Counted from the first letter of the stretch, positions 19,874 to 29,839 are shown. The stretch: DNA of 64,000 nucleotides from Myxococcota bacterium (GCA_039028615.1 JBCCHT010000007.1:64001-128000); one strand, 5' to 3'. Notes: generated from the sequence alone by a model not told the origin. Translations and numbers: made by a program.

Positions 19874-20875
19874 ATGACGCCCTTCATCGCGGTCATCCCC
19901 ACCCTCGCCATCCACCTGGGCGCGACTCCCTTTTTCGCGGGCAGTCTCGCGCCCGAAGATGCAGCCGTGCCCGCCGGTACGGTCTCGGCGGATCCTGCAA
20001 GCAGCGGCTCCACCGAAGTCGACGGCCAGGGGTCCTTCGCCACCGCCGACGCCGAGAGCCGGGACAGCGAAGACGCAACCGAGCTCGAGATTTCGGCCGG
20101 CGGGCTGCTGTCCACGGGTAACGCCTTCGCGGCGGCGGCCACCGGCCAAGGTCGCTTCCGACTCCGCCGCGGCATCCACCAGGTGGGCTCTCAGGTCGCG
20201 GGCAACTACGGCATCGCCGACGTCGAGACGGAGACCATCCAGGTCAGCTTCCCCAACGGCGCCGAGATCAGCCAGACCGCCCTCGATCGCGACACCACCG
20301 TGGCCAACATCCAGGGGATGGTTCGCTACGATGTGTTCTTCGCCAAGCGTTGGTCGGCGTTCCTCATGGGCACCGCCCGACGCGACCGCTTCCAGGGTCT
20401 CGACCTGCGGCTCAACATCGACCCGGGCGTGGCCTTCTATGCGCTCACGGACGCCAAGCACCGCCTGTGGTTCGAGGCCGGCTACGACTTCCAGTACGAC
20501 ATCCGTCGCGAAGACGCGATCTTCGAAGAGCAGCTCGTCGATCCGCTCGTCGACGAGGACGGCGATGGCTTCGCCGACACCCAGCGCGTCCGCATCGCCG
20601 ACGACACCCTGGTCAACCACGCGGCGCGTGTGTTCATCGGCTACAACAACTCGCTGAACGATCGAGTCACCTTCGACACCGGGCTCGAGTACCTGCAGAG
20701 CGTCGTGGTCGGCTCTCGCTTCCGGCTCAACTGGCTGAACGCCCTCACGGTGCAGATGGCCGATCGACTCGGCGTGGGCGTGACCTTCACGCTGCGCTAC
20801 GAGAACGAGCCGCTCCCCGACGTCGCCAAGCTCGACACGATCACCTCCGTGTTGCTGACCTTGCGCTTCATCTAG
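19874..20875 (+). CDS. DUF481/YdiY-like outer-membrane beta-barrel
   Basis: GGLLSTGN, RYD.FF, DRFQGLDLR...GV; terminal beta-strand ending RFI. Confidence 0.75.
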   Translation: MTPFIAVIPTLAIHLGATPFFAGSLAPEDAAVPAGTVSADPASSGSTEVDGQGSFATADAESRDSEDATELEISAGGLLSTGNAFAAAATGQGRFRLRRGIHQVGSQVAGNYGIADVETETIQVSFPNGAEISQTALDRDTTVANIQGMVRYDVFFAKRWSAFLMGTARRDRFQGLDLRLNIDPGVAFYALTDAKHRLWFEAGYDFQYDIRREDAIFEEQLVDPLVDEDGDGFADTQRVRIADDTLVNHAARVFIGYNNSLNDRVTFDTGLEYLQSVVVGSRFRLNWLNALTVQMADRLGVGVTFTLRYENEPLPDVAKLDTITSVLLTLRFI

Positions 20876-20885
20876 GGGGGACGCC

Positions 20886-22682
20886 GTGGCCAAGGTTCCC
20901 GGGCAACGAGCAGGCGCCCACCCGCTTCAGCCCCTGCTCGACGCGCTGACGATTCGCGCTGGCTTGGTCGGCGAGAACGGAGACCTGCTGTCGGCCAACG
21001 GAGCGTGGCGCAAGGCTCGGGGCCACCCGCTGGCTGGCCCCTCCCTGGTCCCGGGCGCCAACTACCTTCATACGCTGGCCCGCATCACGGGCCCGGCCCG
21101 AGACGACGGGCAACGGGTCGCCACCGCCCTGCAACGCGTGCTCGAGGGCGGCTCGGAGGTGCTCACCCACACCTTCCGCTACGGGTCGCCCGACCACGCT
21201 CAATGGTCGCGAACGTCGGTTTGTCCCATTGAGGGCCAACCCCGGTGCGCCGCGATCCTGCACGAAGACGTCACCCAGCAGGTCCACGCCCAGGCCGCGC
21301 TCAAGCGCAGCCAGGCTCGGCTCCGCACCATCCTCACCGGGGCGCCGATCGTGCTGTTCTCGCTCGATCGCGACGGCGTGTTCACGGTGGTCGAGGGCAT
21401 GGGCGGCACGGGCACGGGCTTCGTCACCGAGGACCTCGTCGGTCGCTCCGTCCACGACGCGTACCGGCACATGCCCCACCTGCTCGAGATCATCCAAGAC
21501 GCGATGGTCGGCCGGGTCGGCGTCATCACCCAAATGGTGGGGCACATCGCCTTCGAGGTTCGCTGCTCGCCCATCTACCGCCGCGACCGCATCGACGGCG
21601 TGGTGGGGGTCGCCACCGACGTCACCGAGCGCCTCCGGGCGCAGCGCATGAAGGACGAGTTCGTCTCCATCGTCAGCCACGAGCTCCGTACGCCCCTGAC
21701 CTCCATCCGAGGCTCGCTCGGGTTGCTCGAGGGTGGCGTGGCCGGAGAGCTCCCGCCCAAGGCCAGCGACCTCGTCCGCATCGCTCGCTCCAACACCGAT
21801 CGACTCATCCGGCTCATCAACGACATCTTGGATCTCGACAAGATGGAGGCGGGGCAGGTCACCCTGCAGCGCTCCGCCGTGCCCGTCCGCGGCCTGATCG
21901 ACGAGGTCATCGGCGAGATGAGCGGCTACGCCCAGCAGATGGAAGTGGCCATCGCGGTCGAGGCCTCGCACTGCGACCCGGTGCACGCCGACCGCGATCG
22001 ACTGGCCCAGGTCCTCACCAACCTGCTCTCCAACGCGGTCAAGTTCTCTCCCGCCGGAGGCCAGGTGGTCGTGCGAATGGAGACACGAGCGACTCGGGTA
22101 CGCATCTCGGTGGTCGATCGCGGGCCGGGCATCGCGGCGTCGGACATCCCCAAGCTGTTCCAGAAGTTCCACCAGCTCGACGCGTCCGACGCCCGCAGTC
22201 GGGGTGGCAGCGGCCTGGGCCTGGTGATCGCCAAGACACTCGTCGAAGCGCACCACGGACAGATCGGCGTCGAGTCCGAGGTCGGCCAGGGCTCCACCTT
22301 CTATTTCGAGCTTCCCGTCTCGCGTCAGCGAACGGTGACCGTGGTTCCGCCCCGGGTGTCGCAGTCCCCCGCCGTGGCCATCGACGCTCAGGCGATCGTC
22401 GCGCCCCAGCAGCGCGGCACCACCGGGTTGCTCGCCGAGCTCGAAGCCCACCTGCGCGACGCTACGCCGGCCGACGGCGCCAAGCTCCGGGACGCCCAGG
22501 CCACCGCTCGCATCATGGGCTCGACCCTCGCCGCCGACGCGACGGCCGAGCTGCGCGGGGCGATCGAGCTCGTGGCGCGGGCCCTCGACGAGGCGCTGCA
22601 GGGCCCCGAACGCACGCGCCCGTCCGCGTTGGAGACCGCGCGGCAGAACACCGCGCGGATCCGCGAGTTGTTGGGGCCCTGA
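20886..22682 (+). CDS. Cytoplasmic PAS-PAS sensor histidine kinase with C-terminal helical extension
   Basis: VSHELRTPLTSI, NLLSNAVKF, DRGPGI, GGSGLGL; two PAS domains. Confidence 0.93.
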   Translation: MAKVPGQRAGAHPLQPLLDALTIRAGLVGENGDLLSANGAWRKARGHPLAGPSLVPGANYLHTLARITGPARDDGQRVATALQRVLEGGSEVLTHTFRYGSPDHAQWSRTSVCPIEGQPRCAAILHEDVTQQVHAQAALKRSQARLRTILTGAPIVLFSLDRDGVFTVVEGMGGTGTGFVTEDLVGRSVHDAYRHMPHLLEIIQDAMVGRVGVITQMVGHIAFEVRCSPIYRRDRIDGVVGVATDVTERLRAQRMKDEFVSIVSHELRTPLTSIRGSLGLLEGGVAGELPPKASDLVRIARSNTDRLIRLINDILDLDKMEAGQVTLQRSAVPVRGLIDEVIGEMSGYAQQMEVAIAVEASHCDPVHADRDRLAQVLTNLLSNAVKFSPAGGQVVVRMETRATRVRISVVDRGPGIAASDIPKLFQKFHQLDASDARSRGGSGLGLVIAKTLVEAHHGQIGVESEVGQGSTFYFELPVSRQRTVTVVPPRVSQSPAVAIDAQAIVAPQQRGTTGLLAELEAHLRDATPADGAKLRDAQATARIMGSTLAADATAELRGAIELVARALDEALQGPERTRPSALETARQNTARIRELLGP

Positions 22683-22831
22683 GGCAATACGCCCCGCCCC
22701 GCCCCCGCGTTTCCCCGCGAGGCTGACCGCCCCAGGTCGGCCCACACAACCCTCCATCGCCCCCAAACACGCATATTCGGCGCAAGCCCGCGGGAGACCG
22801 GTACGATTGGCGCGGCGAATGCAACGTTGGG

Positions 22832-24634
22832 ATGAGCGCGGCCTGCTCGACCCCCAGCGGCCCCCGCTCCATGAGCGATTCCTTGAACACGTCGGTTCGT
22901 TTTCCCCTGCGCGCCAAGCTCGCGGCGTTTGCTGGCGTATTGCTAGTGGCGCACATCGTGGGCGTGGGGCTGGCGGCGCTGGAGCTGACCCGCGCCACGG
23001 TGACCCGCGCCGCGCGTGAGCTTCAGATCGCCATCATCGAGACGGTCAGCCGCGACATCGAAGCCGAGTTCGCCCAGGCCTACGACGGCCTGGACGCCAT
23101 CGGCCGCACCTCGGTCGACCTGACCATCGACCTGGAGGCGCGGATCTCCATGTCGAAGACGCTGGTCGACAGCAACGAGGTGCTCGACAACGCTCTGCTC
23201 TATTCCGCGCAGGGCGATGATCCGCTGCCGATCGTGGCCGAAGACATCGCGGAGCTGAACCCACCGCCGACGCTGCCGAAGGAGCTTCGCGACCAGGCGA
23301 TCGCCGGCGGCGTCGCGACCGGATCGGCGAGCCCCGGCCCCGGGGGCCCGCGGGTGCTGGTGGTCATGCCGATCCAGCGCGAGGACGAGGTCGTCGGGTT
23401 CGTGGCGAGCCGCGTGCCGCTGACCGGCATCCAAGAACAGATCGAGAGCACCGCCGCTGCCCACTTCGCGCAGATGCCCGACCCGCTGCTGCTGGTCGAC
23501 GATCAGCTGCGGATCTTGGCGCATCCCGATCGGACGCGGGCCTTCGAACTCGGCTCTGCCGCCGACGAGCCGATCCTGGCCGGAGTGGACGCGGGCGCGC
23601 TGCAGGCCCAGTTCTCGTCCTCGGGCGAGTTCACCCGCCCCGACGGGAGCGAAGTCGTGGGCACGGTCGTCGGCTTACAGACCCGCCCCTGGGCTCTGGT
23701 CGCGCAGGTCCCCACCGAGGTCGCCTACGCGCCGGTCTTTGCCCTGCGCAACGTGGTGGCGGCGACCATCGCCATCGCCGTGCTCGTCGCCCTGATCGCG
23801 GCGTTCGTGCTCGCGCGGCGCATCACCTCGCCGCTAGCCCAGCTGTCGCGCTTCGCCGCCGACATCTCCGAGCGCCGCTTCAGCTCGCGGGTCACCATCG
23901 CGACCTCGGACGAGCTGGCCGTGGTGGGCCAGGTGATGAGCCAGGCCGCGGCCGACCTCGAGCACAGCGAGAAACAGATTCGAGTCGAGCAGGAGATCCG
24001 GTCGGATCTCGGGCGCTACCTCCCGGCCGAGCTGGTCGACAAGGTCGTGCGCCGCGAGCAAGACATGGCGCTGGGCGGTGCCCGCCGCGAGATCACGGTG
24101 ATGTTTGCCGACGTCGTCGAGTTCACGCCGCTGGCCGAGCAGATGCCACCCGAGCAGGTCGTTCGCATTCTCAACGAGCTGTTCACCATCGTCACCGAGA
24201 TCGTGTTCCGTCACGAGGGCACGGTCGACAAATTCGTCGGAGACTGCGTCATGGCCATCTGGGGCGCACCGACATCCATGGAGGACCACGCAACGCGTGC
24301 CCTCGAGGCCGCAGAGGAGATCATTTCATGGCTGGAGGTGGGGAACGCGACGTGGGAGAAGAAGTACGGAGTGACGGTCCGGATCGCGATCGGGATCAAC
24401 TCGGGGGAAGCGGTGGTGGGGAACGTGGGCTCGGAGTCGAGGATGGAGTACACGGCGATCGGGACCACGGTGAACGTGGCGGCGCGCCTGGAGGCCATCG
24501 CCAGACCGCAGCAGATTTTGATCTCAGCGAATACGGCACGGATGGCGGGGGAGGGCTTCCAACTGGCGGAGGCGGGGGAGCGCACCCTGGCGGGCAGCAC
24601 CGAGTCACTGCAGCTTTTCGAGGTGGTGGTGTAG
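22832..24634 (+). CDS. Class III adenylate cyclase: TM-dCache-TM-HAMP-cyclase
   Basis: VMFADVVEFT, DKFVGDCVM (Lys, consistent with ATP), GINSG, EYTAIGTTVNVAARLE. Start may be ATG 22871. Confidence 0.92.
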   Translation: MSAACSTPSGPRSMSDSLNTSVRFPLRAKLAAFAGVLLVAHIVGVGLAALELTRATVTRAARELQIAIIETVSRDIEAEFAQAYDGLDAIGRTSVDLTIDLEARISMSKTLVDSNEVLDNALLYSAQGDDPLPIVAEDIAELNPPPTLPKELRDQAIAGGVATGSASPGPGGPRVLVVMPIQREDEVVGFVASRVPLTGIQEQIESTAAAHFAQMPDPLLLVDDQLRILAHPDRTRAFELGSAADEPILAGVDAGALQAQFSSSGEFTRPDGSEVVGTVVGLQTRPWALVAQVPTEVAYAPVFALRNVVAATIAIAVLVALIAAFVLARRITSPLAQLSRFAADISERRFSSRVTIATSDELAVVGQVMSQAAADLEHSEKQIRVEQEIRSDLGRYLPAELVDKVVRREQDMALGGARREITVMFADVVEFTPLAEQMPPEQVVRILNELFTIVTEIVFRHEGTVDKFVGDCVMAIWGAPTSMEDHATRALEAAEEIISWLEVGNATWEKKYGVTVRIAIGINSGEAVVGNVGSESRMEYTAIGTTVNVAARLEAIARPQQILISANTARMAGEGFQLAEAGERTLAGSTESLQLFEVVV

Positions 24635-24645
24635 CCACCCAGCGC

Positions 24646-25977
24646 ATGGCCCACGAGCTGCGGGCGGGCATGGTCCTGGCCGAGCGCTACGTCATCGAGA
24701 ACAAGATCGGCGAGGGCGGCATGGGCCAGGTCTACCGGGCCACCCAGGTCAACCTGCGCCGCGAGGTCGCCCTCAAGCTGCTCGACTCCACCCTGCTCGA
24801 CTTCGATGTCGGACGCCGCCGCTTCTTGCGGGAGGCCCGAGTCGCCGCCGCGCTGCGCCACCCGAACGCGGTCGAGATCTACGACGTCGGGACCGACGGG
24901 CCCCACGTATTCATCGCGATGGAGCTGCTCGATGGCGCCGTGCTCCGCGACTACATGGAGGACCACGGGCCCATCCCGCTGGCGGAGGCCCTGGAGCTCA
25001 CGCTGCAGATCGCCGAGCTGCTGGTCGCCGCCCATGGGCTGCCGCTGGTGCACCGTGACCTCAAGCCCGAGAACGTCTTCGTGCAGCGCGACCAGGCCGA
25101 CGAGCTGCGCGTGCGGGTGGTCGACTTCGGGCTCGCCTTCATCGAAGGCAGCGACGAGACGGGCCGCATGACCCGCGAGGGGCTGGTGGTCGGCACCCCC
25201 GCGTACTTGTCCCCCGAGCAGGCCCAGGGCAACCACGTCGGCCCGGCCTCCGACATCTACTCGCTGGGCTGTGTGCTCTACGAGATGCTGACGGGCCAGT
25301 GCGTGTTCAGTGGCAGCCAGATGAACGTGCTGACCCAGCACGTCTACGTCGCCCCCATCTCCCTGCGCGAGCGGGCCCCCGACGCGGGCTTTCCCTCCGA
25401 CCTCGACGATCTGGTCATGCGCATGCTGAGCAAGCGCCCCGACGACCGGCCCACCGCCGACGCGATGCTGCAGGAGCTGCACACGGTGCAGGGCACGATG
25501 GCCGGGCAGCGCCACCGGGGTCGTGACGATCGCCTGCTCCAGACCCGTCGCAACCGCATGATCTCCGTGCCGGCTCAGAACCCACCGACCATCGATCGCC
25601 AGGCCGTCGAGCGTGGTGCGGTGGGCGTCGAGCGCCTGGAGGTCGGCACTTTCGGCAGCTTCTCCGAAGACCTGTGGCTCGGCCTCGCCAGCAATGGCCT
25701 GACCCCCGTGCCCCTCGAGGTCGGCCAAGACCCCGCCGCCGCCGGTTGTCACGTGGCGCTCGTGGTCGTCGAAGACCTCGCCCACCTCTCGGCCCTGACC
25801 TCTACCGGGATCCCGGTGGTCGCCGTGAACACGGCCTCTCAGGTCGAGCTGCTCGCCGAGCTGGTGCGGCGAGGAGTCAGCGAGGTGGTGTCCCCGCCGC
25901 TCGAGGCCGACGTCCTCACCCGCAAGATCCGACGCGCCGTCGAGCGCCACCGACGACAGATGAAGAGGAAACAATGA
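24646..25977 (+). CDS. Soluble Ser/Thr kinase with C-terminal degenerate receiver-like domain
   Basis: GEGGMGQV, HRDLKPEN, DFG, GTPAYLSPE; C-terminal IPVVAV...VRRGVSEVVSPPL...L.RKIRR. Confidence 0.9.
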   Translation: MAHELRAGMVLAERYVIENKIGEGGMGQVYRATQVNLRREVALKLLDSTLLDFDVGRRRFLREARVAAALRHPNAVEIYDVGTDGPHVFIAMELLDGAVLRDYMEDHGPIPLAEALELTLQIAELLVAAHGLPLVHRDLKPENVFVQRDQADELRVRVVDFGLAFIEGSDETGRMTREGLVVGTPAYLSPEQAQGNHVGPASDIYSLGCVLYEMLTGQCVFSGSQMNVLTQHVYVAPISLRERAPDAGFPSDLDDLVMRMLSKRPDDRPTADAMLQELHTVQGTMAGQRHRGRDDRLLQTRRNRMISVPAQNPPTIDRQAVERGAVGVERLEVGTFGSFSEDLWLGLASNGLTPVPLEVGQDPAAAGCHVALVVVEDLAHLSALTSTGIPVVAVNTASQVELLAELVRRGVSEVVSPPLEADVLTRKIRRAVERHRRQMKRKQ

Positions 25978-28142
25978 GCATCTGGCTGTCCACCGCCCTC
26001 ACCGCGGCCCTGCTCGCCGCCCCCGATCCCTCGGTCGAGACCTTCGAGTACACGATCCAAAAGGGTGACTCCTGCGCCAAGATCGCCAAGTCCGTCTACG
26101 GCGATCGCAAGCACCACGAGGTCATCCATCAGTACAACCGCTGGCTCGGCCCCACCCTGCCTCATCATCTCGAGGAAGGGCAGGTGCTGGTGCTGCCCAA
26201 GAGCCTGCCCCCCGCGCTCCCCGACGCCGAGGTCACCGCGGCTCGCCGCAAGGTCGAGGCCAAGCCCCCGGAAAAACCCGAGTGGAAGAAGGCGAGCCCC
26301 GGGCTCGACCTGTATCGCGGGTGGCGGGTGAACACGCAGGAGCGCGCCTCGGCCGAGATCACGTTTCGGGACTACTCGAGGATCGAGCTGCGCGAGAACA
26401 CGCTGGTCATCATCTACGGCGGCTCGCGGACTCGGGCCCGCCGCAAGACGACCGAGGCCACGCTCGACCGCGGCGCCATGCGGACCCGCCTGGCCGCTTA
26501 CGCGGGCAAGCCCAAGGACTCGGCCGTCACCGTCACCACGCCCTCGGCCGTCGCCGAGTTCGACGGCGGCAGCACCCTGGTCACCGTCGACCCCGAAGGC
26601 ACCAGCCGCGTCGCCAACCACGGCGAGGGCAAGGCCAGCGTGCGCTCCAAGAAGGGCGGCAAGCGGGTGAAGGTCGGCTCCAAGATGGGCTCCAAGGTGA
26701 AAAAAGGCGCCAAGCCGACCAAGCCCAAGCCCCTGCCCCCCACCCCGCAGTGGGACAAGCGTGCCCCCGCCATCTTCGTGGCCCCCAGCGGGTCCGGCAC
26801 GGTCACGGGACGCTGGACCCCCTCGGACGAGGCCAAGTCCTATCGCGTCGAGATCAGCCGCCAGGCGGACGGACGCGAGATGGTCAGCAGCCAGACGGTC
26901 CCCGGCACGATCACGGAGTTCGAAGGCAAGCAGCTCGCGCCCGGCGACTACTACATCTCGATCGCGGCCATCGACGACGACTCCTTCGAGAGCCCCCCGT
27001 CGGCCCCGGTCAAGCTCAGCCTGGTCTCGGTGCCGCTGCTCACCCCGGGGGCGGCGCCCCTGCCCGCGCTCGACGACCCCGATGCCGCGGCGGCAGCCGG
27101 TCCCACCGAGGTCCCTCGCGGCACGCGTCTGGACGTCCCGCGCGGCCTCCAGTGTCGCGTCGACGATGGCGAGCTGTCGCGCTCGCCCATGCTCCGCGAC
27201 GCCGGCGAGCACACGGTGACCTGCGTGACCGAAGACGACGTGGCCGTGCCCGGCTTCACCGTCGTGGTGGTCGACTACCAGATCGCCGCCGCGGCCGAGG
27301 CCAGCACCGCGGTGCGAGGCAAGACCGCGCTCGCCTCCTTCTCCGTCGATGCCTCCGTGCCCCTGCCCCGCCGGCTGTGGGTCGAGGCGCCCGAGGGTTT
27401 CTTGGTCGCCGCGCCGGTCAAGGGCATCGGGCTCGACGAAGGCACCTGGTCGGTGCGCGTGCACGCCGATCGAGACGCGCCCGACGAGGCGTCGCTGTTC
27501 GTCATGGCCGATGCGGGGGGCGAAAAAGTGCAGCTCGGCACGGTCCCGCTCAGCGTCGTCGATCCCAAGGACGTCACGCCCGAGACCAAGGTCGAACCCG
27601 AGCCCGCCGCCGAGGGTCGTGAGCTGCACATCGTGGAGACGGGCGTGCTCGGAGGCGCGATTTTCCCCGCTTCCGACCACGACCTGTACCAGGAGCGCTT
27701 CGCCCGGTCGCTGGGCTACGAGTCGCTGAACGTCGCCGCCCCGACCTTCGGCTTCCGGCTCGGCTACTACCCCATCCGCTGGGTCGGCCTCGAGCTCGAG
27801 AACACGATGGCTCCCACCGCGACCCGCGACACGGGAGAAGACAGCCTGCTCTTCGCCGTACGGGGCCACATCGTGGGTCAGCTGCCCTGGCGAATCACCC
27901 CCACCCTGCACGTGGGCGGTGGCGCGCTCGGGGCCAACGGCGGAGCCGCGCTCGGTCGCGACATCGATGCCGGCTTCCACTTCGGCGGCGGCGTGAAGTT
28001 CTACATCACGCGCTGGGCGATGTTGCGCCTCGATGCTCGCGACACCATGACCGAAGCGTTCGGTGGCGGCCTGACCCACTCCCCCGAGGTCACGCTCGGT
28101 TTCTCGGCGGTCCTCGGCCGGCGGTCCGCCAAGAAGGAGTAG
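25974..28142 (+). CDS. Secreted LysM-FecR-Fn3/Ig-like-outer-membrane beta-barrel protein
   Basis: LysM (YTIQKGDSCAKIA...GQVLVLP); FecR-like (V.T...ASAEITF.D.S.IEL.ENT, VTTPSAVA); C-terminal barrel similar to the neighbouring OmpA barrels; ATGA overlap with the kinase. Confidence 0.8.
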   Translation: MSIWLSTALTAALLAAPDPSVETFEYTIQKGDSCAKIAKSVYGDRKHHEVIHQYNRWLGPTLPHHLEEGQVLVLPKSLPPALPDAEVTAARRKVEAKPPEKPEWKKASPGLDLYRGWRVNTQERASAEITFRDYSRIELRENTLVIIYGGSRTRARRKTTEATLDRGAMRTRLAAYAGKPKDSAVTVTTPSAVAEFDGGSTLVTVDPEGTSRVANHGEGKASVRSKKGGKRVKVGSKMGSKVKKGAKPTKPKPLPPTPQWDKRAPAIFVAPSGSGTVTGRWTPSDEAKSYRVEISRQADGREMVSSQTVPGTITEFEGKQLAPGDYYISIAAIDDDSFESPPSAPVKLSLVSVPLLTPGAAPLPALDDPDAAAAAGPTEVPRGTRLDVPRGLQCRVDDGELSRSPMLRDAGEHTVTCVTEDDVAVPGFTVVVVDYQIAAAAEASTAVRGKTALASFSVDASVPLPRRLWVEAPEGFLVAAPVKGIGLDEGTWSVRVHADRDAPDEASLFVMADAGGEKVQLGTVPLSVVDPKDVTPETKVEPEPAAEGRELHIVETGVLGGAIFPASDHDLYQERFARSLGYESLNVAAPTFGFRLGYYPIRWVGLELENTMAPTATRDTGEDSLLFAVRGHIVGQLPWRITPTLHVGGGALGANGGAALGRDIDAGFHFGGGVKFYITRWAMLRLDARDTMTEAFGGGLTHSPEVTLGFSAVLGRRSAKKE

Positions 28143-28193
28143 CGCGACGCGGGGCCGCGATCGGGTATCGTGGAAGCTCCGGACCTCGCGCTC

Positions 28194-29648
28194 ATGACCC
28201 ACGGCTCGCTGCTCTCCCTGTCGGTACTCGTCGCCCTCGCTCCGGCCGCCGCCATCGCGGCCCCGGACGCGTCGGGCGAGGCGAGTGCCTCCGTGTCGGT
28301 GGGCGGCTCGACCCGCGGCGACGCGACCGAAGCCGATCCGGCCGATCGCAAAGACCGGCCGTGGATCCGCCGCTGGACCCCTGAAAACGGGATGATCGAG
28401 GTGGGCCTCTACGGCGGCGTGCTGCTGCCCTCCCCCCGCATGGAGCTGTTCGAGGCCGACACCGATCTGCCCGCGCAAGGCCACAAGCCCTTCGCCACCG
28501 TGGCCCCCGACTTCGGCATTCGGGCCAGCTTCCTGCCGATCCGCTTCTTCGGGGTCGAGGCCGAGGGCGGAGCCATGCCCACGCGCACCACCACCGACGA
28601 GGCCGCCCTGCTGTGGACGGCCCGCGGGAGCCTGGTGGGGCAGCTCGGCATCCGCAGCGTCACCCCGTTCGTGCTCGTGGGCGGCGGGCTCATCGGGGTC
28701 GCCAGCGAGCGCAGCTCGGTGGGCAACGACGTCGATGCTTCGGCGCACTTCGGCGGTGGGCTCAAGATCTTCACCAGTCGCTACACCAACCTGCGACTCG
28801 ACGTCCGCGACATCATCACCGCCCGCCGGGGCAACAACGCGGGCGTGGTGCACAACCCGGAGGTCCTGCTCGGGTTCGGCGTCACCCTGGGTCGCCACAA
28901 GGAGCGGCCCGTACCGCCGCCCTCCGACATCGATCGCGATGGCGTCCCCGATGCCGACGACGAGTGTGTCGATCGGCCCGGTCTCCCCGAGCTTCGGGGC
29001 TGCCCCATTCCCGACACCGATGGCGATGGCATCCTCGACCCCGACGACGAGTGCGTCGAAGAAGTCGGCGTGCCCGAGTACCGGGGCTGCCCCATCCCCG
29101 ACACCGACGGTGACGGCATCCTCGACCCCGACGACGAGTGCGTCGAAGAAGTCGGCGTGCCCGAGTACGCGGGCTGCCCCATCCCCGATACCGACGGCGA
29201 CGGCATCCTCGATCCCGACGACAAGTGCGTCGAACAGATCGAGTCTCTCAACGGCTTCGAAGACACCGACGGTTGTCCCGACGAGGTGCCCCAAGAGGTC
29301 GCTCGCTTCACCGGGGTCATCGAAGGCATCGTCTTCGCGACCGGCAAGGCGACGATCCGCAACAAGTCCCACAAGGTCCTCGGCGCCGCGCTCTCCGTGT
29401 TGCGCAAGTACGAGACCCTGCGCGTGGAGATCACCGGGCACACCGACGATCGCGGACCACAGGAAGTGAACACACGACTGAGCGGTCGTCGGGCCGAGGC
29501 GGTGAAGGCGTGGTTGGTCGAGCGAGGCATCGACGAGTCGCGGATCGTTACCCGGGGGGCCGGTCCGTCCATGCCGATCGCCCCGAACACCAGCAAACGT
29601 GGTCGGGCGAAGAATCGGCGGATCGAGTTCAAATTACTGACCGACTGA
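28194..29648 (+). CDS. OmpA family protein (barrel-TSP3 repeats-OmpA_C)
   Basis: DTDGDGILDPDDEC repeats; ITGHTDDRG, N.RLS.RRAEAV, NRRIEF. Confidence 0.93.
   Translation: MTHGSLLSLSVLVALAPAAAIAAPDASGEASASVSVGGSTRGDATEADPADRKDRPWIRRWTPENGMIEVGLYGGVLLPSPRMELFEADTDLPAQGHKPFATVAPDFGIRASFLPIRFFGVEAEGGAMPTRTTTDEAALLWTARGSLVGQLGIRSVTPFVLVGGGLIGVASERSSVGNDVDASAHFGGGLKIFTSRYTNLRLDVRDIITARRGNNAGVVHNPEVLLGFGVTLGRHKERPVPPPSDIDRDGVPDADDECVDRPGLPELRGCPIPDTDGDGILDPDDECVEEVGVPEYRGCPIPDTDGDGILDPDDECVEEVGVPEYAGCPIPDTDGDGILDPDDKCVEQIESLNGFEDTDGCPDEVPQEVARFTGVIEGIVFATGKATIRNKSHKVLGAALSVLRKYETLRVEITGHTDDRGPQEVNTRLSGRRAEAVKAWLVERGIDESRIVTRGAGPSMPIAPNTSKRGRAKNRRIEFKLLTD
28998..29235 (+). repeat. 87-bp near-identical tandem repeat (~2.7 copies) encoding TSP3 units
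   Basis: Units start at 28998, 29085 and 29172 (GCPIPDTDGDGILDPDDECVEEVGVPEY). Confidence 0.9.
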
Positions 29649-29839
29649 TCTATCGCGTTCGGGCCGCTCGCTTGCGTCGGACGATTAGTCGTCTTCGTCG
29701 GCGGCAGCCTGACTACGTGTAAGGGCAGTGCCAAATCCCACCAAAACTAAACTTGGTGAGTTCGGCTCAAAAGGGACCTCGCGTCACGTTTTAGGGTTGC
29801 GTGTTCGTTCGAAGAACAGCAGGATCGACACGTCGGCCC

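Noticed and set aside
24328..24645. 106-codon N-terminal extension of the kinase overlapping the cyclase
   Set aside because: Off-frame Gly/Asp/Arg-rich read of the cyclase; ATG 24646 fits the kinase domain start.
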